Source: an uncultured Actinomycetes bacterium (GTDB lineage: Bacteria > Actinomycetota > Thermoleophilia > Gaiellales > Gaiellaceae). Taken from it: DNA of 64,000 bases. The position numbers and the translations under genes are program-made. Positions 1 through 9,264 of the stretch are shown here, in pieces. The notes under the pieces are model-generated. The model made no database searches. It saw only the letters and a list, made by a program, of their open reading frames with translations, and was not told where the DNA came from. The stretch is from assembly GCA_963786055.1 (NCBI GenBank), contig CAWAXS010000007.1, positions 1,163 through 65,162 of the forward strand. Reading direction: 5' to 3'. Each line of letters opens with the position of its first letter. Within the stretch, counting starts at the first letter, position 1.

Positions 1-317
1 GGGGGACGTTCAAGTTCGTGCGCCACCACCTCGGGGTCACGGCGTTCGGGTTCTCCCAGATCGACTTCCCGCCCGACAAGGTCGGCTCCGAGCACGACGA
101 GGCCGAGTCCGGGCAGGAGGAGGTCTACCTCGCACTCGCGGGCGAAGGGACGCTCGAGATCGACGGGGAGACCGTCGAGATGAAGCCCGGACGCTACGTC
201 CGCGTCCCGCCGGAGGCGAAGCGACGACCCGCCGCCGGCCCCGACGGGATGTCGTTCCTGGTGATCGGCGGCGTCCCCGGCGGCGTCTACCAGCCCTGGA
301 CGCCGCCCGACGAGTGA
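1..317 (+). CDS. Cupin-domain protein (5' end outside window)
   Basis: Frame is open from base 3 (GTFKFVRHHLG...). ORF 18..317 carries a cupin_2-like signature, EEVYLALAGEGTLEIDGETVEMKPGRYVRVPP. Stop TGA at 315-317. Confidence 0.6.
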   Translation, partial: GTFKFVRHHLGVTAFGFSQIDFPPDKVGSEHDEAESGQEEVYLALAGEGTLEIDGETVEMKPGRYVRVPPEAKRRPAAGPDGMSFLVIGGVPGGVYQPWTPPDE

Positions 318-559
318 TCGTCCGGATCGTCCTCTGGCGCCTCGACGAGACAAGCCGGTCCTTCGAGGACATCCGGGAGCGGCTCGAGGAGCTCGAGCCG
401 CTCCCGTCGCCGAGCGCGCTGCTCGTCAACGAGGCCGCGGAGCGGCTGGGCGCGCTCCTCGTCACGGAGGACGACGACCCGGTTCCCGGCCAGCTCGACG
501 AGCTCCGCGCGCTGATCGGCCGCGACCCGGACCTCTACGAGGAGTTCGACACGCTGTAG
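314..559 (+). CDS. Small acidic hypothetical protein (81 aa)
   Basis: GTG start overlaps the cupin stop by 4 nt (GTGA). Codon third positions are G/C-rich. No family recognised. Confidence 0.45.
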   Translation: MIVRIVLWRLDETSRSFEDIRERLEELEPLPSPSALLVNEAAERLGALLVTEDDDPVPGQLDELRALIGRDPDLYEEFDTL

Positions 560-570
560 CTCGTCCGGCT

Positions 571-585
571 CCCGCCTTCGGCGGG
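571..585. terminator. GC hairpin CCCGCC-TTC-GGCGGG between convergent genes
   Basis: 6-bp stem seen directly, between the stop at 559 (+) and the stop at 697 (-). No U-tail. Confidence 0.25.
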
Positions 586-696
586 CACATCCCTGAAGGC
601 CGCCGCCTACGGCGTCAGGCTGTCGCGGTCGCAACTGCACGTAGCGATCACCCGGATCGCGAACCTCGGTCCGACACGTGCCCAGGCCGCAGCGGG

Positions 697-1635
697 TCAG
701 CGCCGCAGGAGGTTCCGCACGAAGAAGCCGAGGTTCGCGGGCCGCTCGGCGAGCCGCCGCATGAGGTACGGGTACCACTCCGGCCCGAACGGCGTCGCGA
801 CGAGCACCTTGTACCCACGCCGGACGAGCTCGAGCTGGAGCCCCGGCCGGACGCCGTACAGCATCTGCAGCTCGAAGCGGTCGCGTCCGATGCCCTCCCG
901 CTCGGCGAAGCCCAGGCAGCGGCCGATCAGGGCCTCGTCGTGCGTCGCGATCGCCGTGTAGCCGCCACCGCGCAGCGAGGTCTCGACGAGCCGCGCATAG
1001 GCGGCGTCGACGTCCGCCTTCGCGCCGTACGCGATCCCGGGCGGCTCGAGGTAGGCGCCCTTCACGAAGCGGAGGTTCGGTGCGAGCGGGAGGAGCGACT
1101 CGAGGTCGCCGTCCGTCCGGAAGAGGTAGGACTGCAGCACGGTCCCGACCCGCTCGTGTCCCGCCTCGCGCAACCTGCGGTAGATCCGGAGGGTCGCGTC
1201 GACGACGCTCGACTGCTCCATGTCGATGCGGACGAAGCTCTGCACGCGCTCCGCGACGCGCACGACCCGCTCGACGTTCGCGTACGCGAGCTCCTCGTCC
1301 AGCTCGAGGCCGAGATGCGTGAGCTTCAGCGCGACGTTCACCGGCAGCTGCTCCGCGTGCAGCCGCTCGAAGATCCGGCCGTACTCGTCGGCCACCGCTT
1401 CGGCCTCCGCGCGGTCGCGAATGCTCTCTCCGAGCAACGTGGTGTTCGCGTGGAGGCCCTGGTCCGCGAGACGCCGCAGCGCGACGACGCACTCGTCCAG
1501 CGTCTCGCCCGCGACAAAGCGGGCCGCACCGAGGCGCATGCCGTAGCGGCCCATGAACCGCTTGACGTGCCGGTCGTCGGCCGCGCGGAGGATCCCCGCG
1601 CGCAGCACGGCGTTCGCCCGCGCCGAGGCGCTCAC
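697..1635 (-). CDS. Proline dehydrogenase (monofunctional PutA-type, 312 aa)
   Basis: C-terminal 312 aa of ORF 697..2121 matches the ProDH family (LKLTHLG, RIDMEQS, VGTVLQSYL, RFVKGAY, LQMLYG). The GTG start at 1635 overlaps the upstream stop (GTGA). The rest of the 474-aa ORF is an off-frame extension through the next gene. Confidence 0.85.
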   Translation of the reverse strand: MSASARANAVLRAGILRAADDRHVKRFMGRYGMRLGAARFVAGETLDECVVALRRLADQGLHANTTLLGESIRDRAEAEAVADEYGRIFERLHAEQLPVNVALKLTHLGLELDEELAYANVERVVRVAERVQSFVRIDMEQSSVVDATLRIYRRLREAGHERVGTVLQSYLFRTDGDLESLLPLAPNLRFVKGAYLEPPGIAYGAKADVDAAYARLVETSLRGGGYTAIATHDEALIGRCLGFAEREGIGRDRFELQMLYGVRPGLQLELVRRGYKVLVATPFGPEWYPYLMRRLAERPANLGFFVRNLLRR

Positions 1636-2507
1636 GTCCTCCGCGCTCCGACCTCTCGCGTGAGCCAGTCCTCGAGCTCGGCGACCTCGCGCTCGTCCAG
1701 GTCGCGGAGCGGCGGCCGCACGTCCGGGCGGACGGGCACGCCCTTCCAGCCGATCACCCGCTTGAGGGCGGCGTGCCGGGGGAAGGACTCGACGCGGGTG
1801 CGCAGCTCCGCCAGCCCGGCCGCCCCCTCCTCCGTCGGCTCGCGCACGACCGCCGCGACCTCCTCGGGGAACGCCGACGCCAGCGCCGACACCGCGCCGA
1901 CGGCACCCGCCTCGCGGCCGCGGTGGATGAGCGCCTCGGGGCCGACGAAGATGTCGAACCCGTCGAGCAGGTACCGCTCGAAGGCGTCCCACGGGGAGTC
2001 GGACACCTTCATCCCCGTGACGTTGTCGGCCTCGTCGCGCAGGCGCGCGAGCATCGCGGGATCGAACGCGTAACCCGCGGTCGCGGCGAACTCGTAGACG
2101 TAGAACGGCAGCGGAGCGCACGCAGCGGCCGCCGCGAGCAGGTGGGAACGCTGCGCCGCGGGGTCGAGCTTGAAGTAGGGCGGCCCGATCACGGCAACCG
2201 CGTCGGCGCCCGACTCCGCGGCGTGCGCGGCGAGGGCGACGGTGTCCGCCGTCGTCTGGGCGCCGCAGTGCGCCGCGACGAGCGCTCGGCCGCCGACGGC
2301 GTCGACCCAGAGCTCGAGGCCCCGACGCCGCTCGTCGACCGAGAGGAGCACGGCCTCCCCGTTCGTCCCGAACGCGAGCACGCCGTCGAGGCCCGCTGCG
2401 ACGAGGAAGTCCGCGTACGGCCCGAAGGCCGCATCGTCGAGCCGGGTCCCCTCCTCGGCGAGCGGCGTCGCCGCTGCAGCGATCGTCCCGTGCAGGCGCG
2501 GCCTCAT
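1632..2507 (-). CDS. DHDPS/N-acetylneuraminate-lyase (DapA) family lyase
   Basis: 291-aa ORF with a DapA-family layout: FGTNGE, the Schiff-base Lys context NVTGMKVSDS, and PFYVYEF. It is translationally coupled to proline dehydrogenase, so it may be a hydroxyproline-pathway Pyr4H2C deaminase-type enzyme (inference). Confidence 0.8.
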   Translation of the reverse strand: MRPRLHGTIAAAATPLAEEGTRLDDAAFGPYADFLVAAGLDGVLAFGTNGEAVLLSVDERRRGLELWVDAVGGRALVAAHCGAQTTADTVALAAHAAESGADAVAVIGPPYFKLDPAAQRSHLLAAAAACAPLPFYVYEFAATAGYAFDPAMLARLRDEADNVTGMKVSDSPWDAFERYLLDGFDIFVGPEALIHRGREAGAVGAVSALASAFPEEVAAVVREPTEEGAAGLAELRTRVESFPRHAALKRVIGWKGVPVRPDVRPPLRDLDEREVAELEDWLTREVGARRT

Positions 2508-2631
2508 CGCACTGGCCGTCCGGCGCGGGCGGGCTCGATCGCGGCCGCGATCACAGGGAAGAACATCGTCGCCGTCTTCTGCCCGCGCTCGAGCTCTACC
2601 GTGAAGCGCTTCGCCCGCACCGGCGAAACCT

Positions 2632-2637
2632 TAGGCT
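2632..2637 (+). promoter_or_regulatory. Candidate -10 box TAGGCT, 7 nt upstream of the GTG at 2645 (leaderless-type start)
   Basis: TAnnnT hexamer seen directly. There is no Shine-Dalgarno between it and the start. The same arrangement recurs at other gene starts in this window. Confidence 0.3.
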
Positions 2638-2644
2638 GTCGGCC

Positions 2645-3406
2645 GTGGGCGCGCTCCGCATCGAGCGAGAGGTGGACGTCCTCCACGTCACCCTCGCCCG
2701 CCCGGAGTCGCGCAACGCGTTCGACGCCGCGCTCATCACCGAGCTCTCCGAGGCCTTCGTCGACGTCGGTGCCTCCCGGGCCGTCGTCCTCGCAGGGGAC
2801 GGCCCGAGCTTCTGCGCCGGCGCGGACATCGAGTGGATGCGCGCCTCGGCCGACCTCGACCTCGAGGCGAACGTCGCCGACGCGAACGCGCTCCGGCGGA
2901 TGTTCGAGGCGATCGACTCGTGTCCGGCACCCGTCGTCGCCGTCGTGCAGGGCCACGCGCTCGGCGGCGGCATCGGGCTCGTCGCCTGCGCCGACATCGC
3001 GATCGCTGAGCCCCGAGCGGTGTTCGCGTTCTCCGAGGTGAAGCTCGGGATCGTCCCCGCGGTCATCTCGCCGTTCGCGCTGCGGAAGATCGGCGAGAGC
3101 GCCGCGCGGCGGTACTTCGTGACCGGCGAGCGCTTCGACGCGGCGACGGCCCTGCGGATCGGGCTGGTGCACGAGGTGGACGCCGACCTGCGCGGCGCGC
3201 TCGACCGGGTCCTGGCCGAGCTGCGCACGGCGGGCCCCCGCGCAGCACGGCATGCGAAGCGGCTCGTCTCCGAGCGGCCCGATGGCCCCGAGACCGCCCG
3301 GAGGATCGCGGAGCGGCGGACGAGCGAGGAGGGCCAGGAGGGCCTGCGGGCCTTTCTCGAGCGGCGGCGCCCGGACTGGGCTCCCGCGCCGGAAGCGGAC
3401 GCGTGA
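2645..3406 (+). CDS. Enoyl-CoA hydratase/isomerase (crotonase) family, methylglutaconyl-CoA-hydratase-like
   Basis: 253-aa ORF with an oxyanion-hole region (FCAGADI ... GHALGGGIGLVACADIAIA) and FSEVKLGIVP. Confidence 0.85.
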   Translation: MGALRIEREVDVLHVTLARPESRNAFDAALITELSEAFVDVGASRAVVLAGDGPSFCAGADIEWMRASADLDLEANVADANALRRMFEAIDSCPAPVVAVVQGHALGGGIGLVACADIAIAEPRAVFAFSEVKLGIVPAVISPFALRKIGESAARRYFVTGERFDAATALRIGLVHEVDADLRGALDRVLAELRTAGPRAARHAKRLVSERPDGPETARRIAERRTSEEGQEGLRAFLERRRPDWAPAPEADA

Positions 3407-3418
3407 CCCGGCCCGGCG

Positions 3419-4294
3419 TCAGCGGGTCAGATCGATCTCGGTGACGCCACCGTACGGCGAGAAGCTCTGGATCCGGTCTCCCGGATGCAGGCGGGGATCT
3501 CCGCGGTAGCGCTCGATCAGCTCCGCCTCCGCGGCCGCGTCGCCTCCGTCCGCCGCGACGAGCAGGACCGCCACCTCGTCCGCCAGGCCGTCGGCGTCGG
3601 CGGCATCGGGGCCCATCACCCCCCATGCGTCCCAGAGCAGCAGCTCGTCCTTCATCCGGTGCGCGAGCTCCATCGACACGTAGCTGCGCACGAACCACTC
3701 GCCGGCGGCAGGGGAGCCGACGTCGACACCGTACGTCTCGATGTCGATCCGGCCGGCCCGGTGGGCCTGCCATGCCTCGGCTGCGGTCACGAACGGCGAG
3801 CCCGGCCCCGCGACCATGTCGAACGCGTCGAACGGGACGGTCTCCGCGGTGAGCTCGGGGTCGAAGCGGATCCACCGGCCCTCCTGCCATGCCTCCACGA
3901 CGACGTGGTCGTGGTTCCAGTCGGGCCTGAAGTACGTCGCGAAGCCGACGCGGCTTCGAGCCGGGATCCCGTGCCGGCGCAGCGCGCCGACGCAGAACAG
4001 CGTGTGGTCGCGGCAGCATCCCTGGAGGCGCTCGGCCGTCGGCCGCTCGGAGACGAGCGGCTCGGGATGGCGGGCCTGATCGGTCGCGAGCATCCTCTCG
4101 AGCCACCGGAGGTGGATGTCCCCGCGCGTCGCCTCGGGGAGGTCGGCCGCCTGCGCCCGATAGTGGGCGATCACGTTGCGGGCCACGGCCGAGAGCCCGG
4201 ACCTGCCGGTCGGCACCTCGTCGAGGAGCGGCCCCCACACTCCGGGGTCGCTGTAGGGGCTCTGGGTCGTGTAGTCGATCGCGCTATCGGTCAC
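3419..4294 (-). CDS. Transglutaminase-like cysteine peptidase superfamily protein
   Basis: 291-aa ORF with GTG start. Cys-His-Asp core candidates: GCCRDHTLF, WNHDHVVVEAW, IRFDPE. Confidence 0.75.
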   Translation of the reverse strand: MTDSAIDYTTQSPYSDPGVWGPLLDEVPTGRSGLSAVARNVIAHYRAQAADLPEATRGDIHLRWLERMLATDQARHPEPLVSERPTAERLQGCCRDHTLFCVGALRRHGIPARSRVGFATYFRPDWNHDHVVVEAWQEGRWIRFDPELTAETVPFDAFDMVAGPGSPFVTAAEAWQAHRAGRIDIETYGVDVGSPAAGEWFVRSYVSMELAHRMKDELLLWDAWGVMGPDAADADGLADEVAVLLVAADGGDAAAEAELIERYRGDPRLHPGDRIQSFSPYGGVTEIDLTR

Positions 4295-4380
4295 GACGTC
4301 GACAGCCTCGCACGGGCGACGGGCGGGCGCATGGACGTGCGAGGATCGCGCGTCGTGACGGCGATCGAGCCTCTCGGCCG

Positions 4381-5219
4381 GTGACGGCGCTCCTCGCTAT
4401 CGCCTCGGCGCTCCTGGTCGGCGGGGCCGACTTCTTCGGCGGGGTCCTCTCGCGTGTCGTCAGCGCCGTGCGCGTCGCCGCTCTCGCGCAGCTCGCCGGA
4501 CTCGGCCTCGCGATTCCCACCGCCCTTCTCGTCGGGGCCGAGCGTGTCACGGGTGCGGACGCCGCGTGGTCGGCGGGGAGCGGCATCGCAGTCGGGATCG
4601 GGATCGTGCTCTTCTACACCGCGATGACGCGAGGCCTCATCAGCCTCGTTGCCCCGGTGACCGCGGTCGTCGGCGCGTTGGTTCCGGTCGCCTACGCCCT
4701 CGGGACCGGCGAGCGGCCGGGGACCGCGGCGCTCGTCGGCATCGCGCTGGCGGTCGCCGCGATCGTCCTGGTCTCGCTCGTCCCCGGCGAGCACCCCACG
4801 GTGGCGTCGGAGCTCGGAGCACTGCCGCTCGCCGTCGGGGCGGGCGTGTGCTTCGGCCTCTTCTACGTGTGCCTCGCCCGCGTCCACGAGGATGCAGGCC
4901 TGTGGCCCGTCGTGATCTCCCGTGTCACGTCGGCAGCGTCCTCGTAGGGCTGGCGCTCGTGACGACCCGGGGGCTCGCGATCGCGGGCGAGTACCTCCTC
5001 CGGACGGCGGCGATCGGCGCGCTCGAGGTCGGCGCCGCCGTCACGCTGCTGCTCGCCCTCCAGCGCGGGCCGGTCTCCGTCGCGTCCGTGCTTGCGTCCC
5101 TCTACCCGGTCACGACGACGTTCCTCGCGGCGCTCCTCCTCCGCGAGCGGCTGCGCGGGCTCCAGCTCGTCGGCGTCGCGCTCGCGCTCGTCGCGGTCGC
5201 GCTGATCTCGTCCGCGTAG
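4381..5219 (+). pseudogene. EamA/DMT-family transporter, frame-disrupted near 4935
   Basis: ORF 4381..4947 (N-terminal half) and the C-terminal part of ORF 4566..5219 (VGLALVTTRG...LISSA) form one 10-TM-type EamA protein. The span of 839 nt is not a multiple of 3. Confidence 0.7.
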
Positions 5220-5247
5220 GGTCGAGGCGCGCCTCGACCCCGCGTGG

Positions 5248-5634
5248 CTACGTCCGGTTCTCCTCCATGTACTTCTTGAGACCGAGGAACGGGAGGACGA
5301 ACGCGGCAACGAGGGCGGCGAGCCAGACGATCACTGCGGCAGCGATCCACGTGCCCACACCGCTGATGGTGAAGCCGTCCGAGATCAGGTCGGTGATGAT
5401 CAACGAGACGAGGGTCGCGATCAGCGCCGTCGCGCCCATCGCGCCGTTGCCCAGTCGCCGCAGCTGGACGGCGAGGAACGGCGTGAGGATCGCGAAGACG
5501 ATCGTGAAGATGATCACTGCCACGATGAACGACGTCACGTCGATGTCGAAGCCGTCGAGCACGAGCGACGCCACGATGAGGCCGACCGCGTTGGCGGCCA
5601 CCGCGACCAGCGTGCGAACGATGAGGCGGATCAC
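5248..5634 (-). CDS. Four-TM membrane protein, phage-holin-superfamily-IV-like (128 aa)
   Basis: Hydrophobic 4-TM profile. It shares motifs with the paralog at 7000..7389: GLIVA..V.DGF.I ... WL...V. Confidence 0.6.
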   Translation of the reverse strand: MIRLIVRTLVAVAANAVGLIVASLVLDGFDIDVTSFIVAVIIFTIVFAILTPFLAVQLRRLGNGAMGATALIATLVSLIITDLISDGFTISGVGTWIAAAVIVWLAALVAAFVLPFLGLKKYMEENRT

Positions 5635-5681
5635 GCGCGCGACCCTACAGCATCGGTGCCCGCACGGCTACGTCCAGGCCG

Positions 5682-6935
5682 TCACGTGACGACGAGCGTG
5701 GGGCTCGCCCGGCCCGTCGCCGGATCGAAGAGGCGGAGCTGCGCTCCGCGGTCGGCCCGCACGACCCGCGTGAAGTACCCCCTCCCCGTCGTCCGCGCTC
5801 CGGAGCCCACAGGCACCCAGCCGGCGGTCGTCCGGCGTTGCAGGACGTACGCCCGCTCTCCGGTCCCGGGCCGCACCTGCCCCCACACGGTGGTCGCCGG
5901 GCCGTTCCGTGCGATCTGCACGAGCGGGAGCGAGAACGACAGCATCGAGGGCTTGCTGCGACCCGCGACGGTCTCGAGCCCGCTCTGCCAGGCCCCGAGC
6001 GTCGGCTCGTCCCGGACGAGGTACTGGACGAGCAGGTCGACGCCGCTCGCCTGGTACGCGCGCCGCTGTGCCTCCGCCACGAACCGCGCCTGCCGCGCCC
6101 ACGTCACGCCGAGGACGCGGTCGGGTGGGTTCGTCTGGTAGCCGAGCTCCGTGAGCCAGATGCGGGTGCGCGGGCCGAACGCGGCCCGCACCTCGGCCTG
6201 GAGCCGCTCGAGCGTCGCCATCGAGATGGTCGTGCACTGGGCGCAGCCGCCGGTGAGCGGCGTCTCCGCCGGCGAGAGCGGGTGCGGGTGGTGCGCGTAG
6301 GCGTCCAGGCGCGCGCCGGCCCGTCCCATTCCCCGGATGAAGTCGACGGGGGACATCCCCCCACTCCCGCCGCGCGGCGCCGTTGCGCCGCCGGCGACCG
6401 AGGCGCGCGGGATCACCGACTTGATCGCCGAGGCGGCGGGGTTGAGCAACCGGGTCACGTAGAGGGTCGGGGAGGGAGGAAGCAGCCAGCGTCGCTGGTT
6501 CGGCTCGTTCCAGACGATCCAGCGCCTGACCCACGGGAACCGTTCCGCTGCTGCGCGTGCGAACGCCGCGAACGTGGCCGCCGAGCGTGGCGGGACGTTC
6601 GGCCCTGCGCCCCCGTTGGCCCACGCCGGCGTGCCCCAGAGCGCGACGACAGGCGTGATGCCGGCCTCTCGGAGTGCATCGAGCAACGAGCCGTCCCGTG
6701 CCCAGTCGACCGTTCCCTGCTCCGCCTCGATCTCGTTCCAGTCGAGCGTCACGCGGACGACCTCGGCGCCGATCGTCTGGAGGCTCGTCACGCGCTCGTC
6801 GAGCGTCCCCGGCCCGAACTCGAGCCAGGCGTCGTCGGTGACGCCCACCTGCAGGCCTGGTGCGGCGAGCACCGCCCCGGCGAGCGTGAGGGCGCCGGCG
6901 AGCGCGGCGCACGTGAGGGCGAGGGTGCGGGCCAC
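5682..6935 (-). CDS. Secreted TIM-barrel glycoside hydrolase (clan GH-A-like) with a C-terminal beta-rich domain
   Basis: Signal peptide MARTLALTCAALAGALTLAGAVLA. Acid/base motif IVWNEPN and nucleophile context IWLTELGY. Confidence 0.65.
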   Translation of the reverse strand: MARTLALTCAALAGALTLAGAVLAAPGLQVGVTDDAWLEFGPGTLDERVTSLQTIGAEVVRVTLDWNEIEAEQGTVDWARDGSLLDALREAGITPVVALWGTPAWANGGAGPNVPPRSAATFAAFARAAAERFPWVRRWIVWNEPNQRRWLLPPSPTLYVTRLLNPAASAIKSVIPRASVAGGATAPRGGSGGMSPVDFIRGMGRAGARLDAYAHHPHPLSPAETPLTGGCAQCTTISMATLERLQAEVRAAFGPRTRIWLTELGYQTNPPDRVLGVTWARQARFVAEAQRRAYQASGVDLLVQYLVRDEPTLGAWQSGLETVAGRSKPSMLSFSLPLVQIARNGPATTVWGQVRPGTGERAYVLQRRTTAGWVPVGSGARTTGRGYFTRVVRADRGAQLRLFDPATGRASPTLVVT

Positions 6936-6999
6936 CGGAGCGACCCTACCCCGTCCGGAAGTCGGCGACCGCTCTCTTCAGAGGATTCTTACGGTGCTC

Positions 7000-7389
7000 T
7001 CACAGGCGCGGCCGGCGGCGCTCGTCCGCCAGCGACCAGACGACCCGCGACGCGAGCCAGTTCACCAGCCAGAGCACGATCGTGGCCCCGACATAGGTCC
7101 AGAACCCGTCGATCGAGAAGTCGGGCACGACCCACTCGGTGAAGAGCAGCATCACGACGTTGACGAAGAAGTACGCGATCCCGAAGGTCAGCAGGATGAG
7201 CGGCAGAGCGATGAACGTCAGGAGCGGCTTGAGGAAGACGTTCGCGAGGCCGAGCACCGCGCCTGCGAAGAGAATCGGCCCCCAGCGGCCGATCGTGAAC
7301 CCGTCGAACGCCCAGTCGGCGACGATCAGCCCGAGGACGTTGATCCCCCACTGGACGAGGGCGGCGACGACCCAGTGCACGTCGGACAC
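7000..7389 (-). CDS. Four-TM membrane protein, phage-holin-superfamily-IV-like (paralog of 5248..5634)
   Basis: ORF 7000..7440. I prefer the GTG start at 7389 (VSDVHWVVAALVQ...) because a TAGGCT box lies 7 nt upstream and the size then matches the paralog. Confidence 0.6.
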   Translation of the reverse strand: MSDVHWVVAALVQWGINVLGLIVADWAFDGFTIGRWGPILFAGAVLGLANVFLKPLLTFIALPLILLTFGIAYFFVNVVMLLFTEWVVPDFSIDGFWTYVGATIVLWLVNWLASRVVWSLADERRRPRL

Positions 7390-7396
7390 GCGGGAG

Positions 7397-7402
7397 AGCC
7401 TA
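7397..7402 (-). promoter_or_regulatory. Candidate -10 box TAGGCT, 7 nt upstream of the GTG at 7389
   Basis: Seen directly (plus strand agccta). Hexamer and spacing are identical to the site at 2632. Confidence 0.3.
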
Positions 7403-7490
7403 TAGCCCGGTTTCCCCTGCGCGAAATCCCGCCGGCGCACAGACCGCCACGGCCGTTGCGACCGCGACAGCGGACGCCTTCAGGGGTGTG

Positions 7491-7545
7491 CCCCGCCGCA
7501 AGGCGGGGATCCGAGCGGTGGGATTCCGCTCCTGCGGAATCCCAC
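7491..7545 (-). terminator. Two tandem hairpins downstream of the SCP2 gene
   Basis: CCCCGCC-GCAA-GGCGGGG at 7491-7508 and GTGGGATTCCGC-TCCT-GCGGAATCCCAC at 7518-7545 (12-bp perfect stem). They start 14 nt after the stop at 7560. Confidence 0.45.
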
Positions 7546-7559
7546 CTTGCGAACAAACG

Positions 7560-7862
7560 TCAGAACAGCTTCTGCAACTTCAGGGCCGCGCCCATGTCTC
7601 CCTGGATCTTGAGCTTGCCCGACATGTACGCGGTGGTCGGGTTGGCCTCGCCCTTCGCGATCTTGACGAGCGTCTCCTCGCTCGCCGAGATCGTGCAGTC
7701 GGCCTCAGACGTCCCCTCGGTGACGCTCACCGCGCCGTCCGCAACGGCGACGGTCCATTGCCCGACGCCCTCGACGTCGAACACGTACGTGTTGTTCATG
7801 CCGGCGGTCTTGGCAGGATCCGCCCGCTCGGGAAGCCGCTCGAAGAACTCCTGTGCGGTCAT
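7560..7862 (-). CDS. SCP2 sterol/lipid-carrier domain protein
   Basis: 100-aa ORF with a typical SCP2 C-terminal part: ANPTTAYMSGKLKIQGDMGAALKLQKLF. Confidence 0.8.
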   Translation of the reverse strand: MTAQEFFERLPERADPAKTAGMNNTYVFDVEGVGQWTVAVADGAVSVTEGTSEADCTISASEETLVKIAKGEANPTTAYMSGKLKIQGDMGAALKLQKLF

Positions 7863-7901
7863 GCTGGTCTCCTCGTTGACTGACCGTTCAATCGGGCAAG
7901 G

Positions 7902-9093
7902 TTAGACGATGGCCACCGGAGCGGGGGTCGGCTCGGCGGGCGGCGACCACGCGACGGGCGGCGGGAGGAAGAGACAGACGACGCATCCGAACGCAGGGGC
8001 CACGGCGGCGACGTAGAGCGCGGTCTCGAGGTCGATCGCGTCGGCGACCGCTCCGAGCAGGACGGCGGCGATCCCGCCCAGCCCCATCGCGAGCCCGACG
8101 GAGAGACCGCTCGCCATCCCGACGTGGCGCGGCAGATAGAGCTGGCTCAGCACGATCGTCACGCCGAACGTCCCGACGACGCACAGGCCGACCAGCATCA
8201 GGGCCAGCGTCCCGACCACTCCGCCGACCGCCACGAAGACGACGATCAGGAAGGGGAGCGCCGCCTGGGTGAAGAGCAGCGTTCGCCGCAGGCCGATGCG
8301 ATCCGCCACCCATCCGAGCACGAGTGTGCCGATCGCTCCGGAGACGAGCATCAGCGAGAGCTCACGGCCCCCCTCCCCCTCGGTGCCGCCGTTCGCGACG
8401 ACCCAGAGCGGCACGAAGGTGAGAAGGCCGAACCAGGCGACGCTGCGGAACGTGATCACCACGGCGAGGAGGGACATCGCACGGATGTCGTCCTCTCCCT
8501 GTGCCGAGCGCCGCGCCGCCGCCGCCGGAACGATCGCGCGCAGCGCGGGCAGCGCCCGCAGCAGCACCGCCGCGAAGACGAGCACCGGGATCATCGCGAG
8601 CAGGCCGCCCTCCAGCCCGAGCCAGAGCACGAGCGGCGTGACGATGATCGGGCCGAGCGCGTAGCCGGTGTTCCCGCCGATGTTGAAGTAGGACATGCCG
8701 CTCGCCCGCTTCTTCCCGCTCGCGTACGCCGCGAACTTCGTCCCTTCCGGGTGGTACGCCGCAACGCCGATCCCTGCGACGAACACGAGCGCGACGACAA
8801 CGCCGTAGCGCGGCGCGACGGACGCGAGGCCCGTTCCCAGCGCCCGCGAGGGCGACACCTCCCGGCAGGAGCCACAGCGCGCCCCGACGATCCGACCAGA
8901 GCCCGAAGAGCGGCTGGACGAGGGAGGAGGAGACGAGCAGGGCGAGCATCAGCGCTGCCGTGGCCGTGTAGCTGAGGTCGAACTTCAGCGTGAGGAATGG
9001 CAGCAGCGCGGGGACGGAGCCCGATGCGAAGTCGACCGCGAGGTGCCCGCCCGAGAGCGTCGCCATCGCCCTCCGGTCGAGCTCTTCGCGCAT
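7902..9093 (-). pseudogene. MFS transporter, frame-disrupted near 8860
   Basis: The N-terminus in ORF 8362..9093 (MREELDRR...GLWSDRRGALWLLPGG) continues in ORF 7902..8858 (..ALGTGLASVAPRYGVVVALV...). The span of 1192 nt is not a multiple of 3. Confidence 0.7.
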
Positions 9094-9249
9094 GACTCGA
9101 GGCTACTCGTCCGCTGGGGGATGTGTCGCGGTCCGTCGGCCCTGTCCGCAGCTCCGCCGCCGGGCTCGGCGGGCGACGCCGCGTCCACGATCCGACACGA
9201 GCGTCGTCCCCCCGCCGCGCCCAGCACGGGTCTCCGTCGCATTCGTGAC

Positions 9250-9255
9250 TAGGAT
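9250..9255 (+). promoter_or_regulatory. Candidate -10 box TAGGAT, 9 nt upstream of the ATG at 9265
   Basis: Seen directly, with no SD in between. Confidence 0.3.
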
Positions 9256-9264
9256 CCGCGCCGC

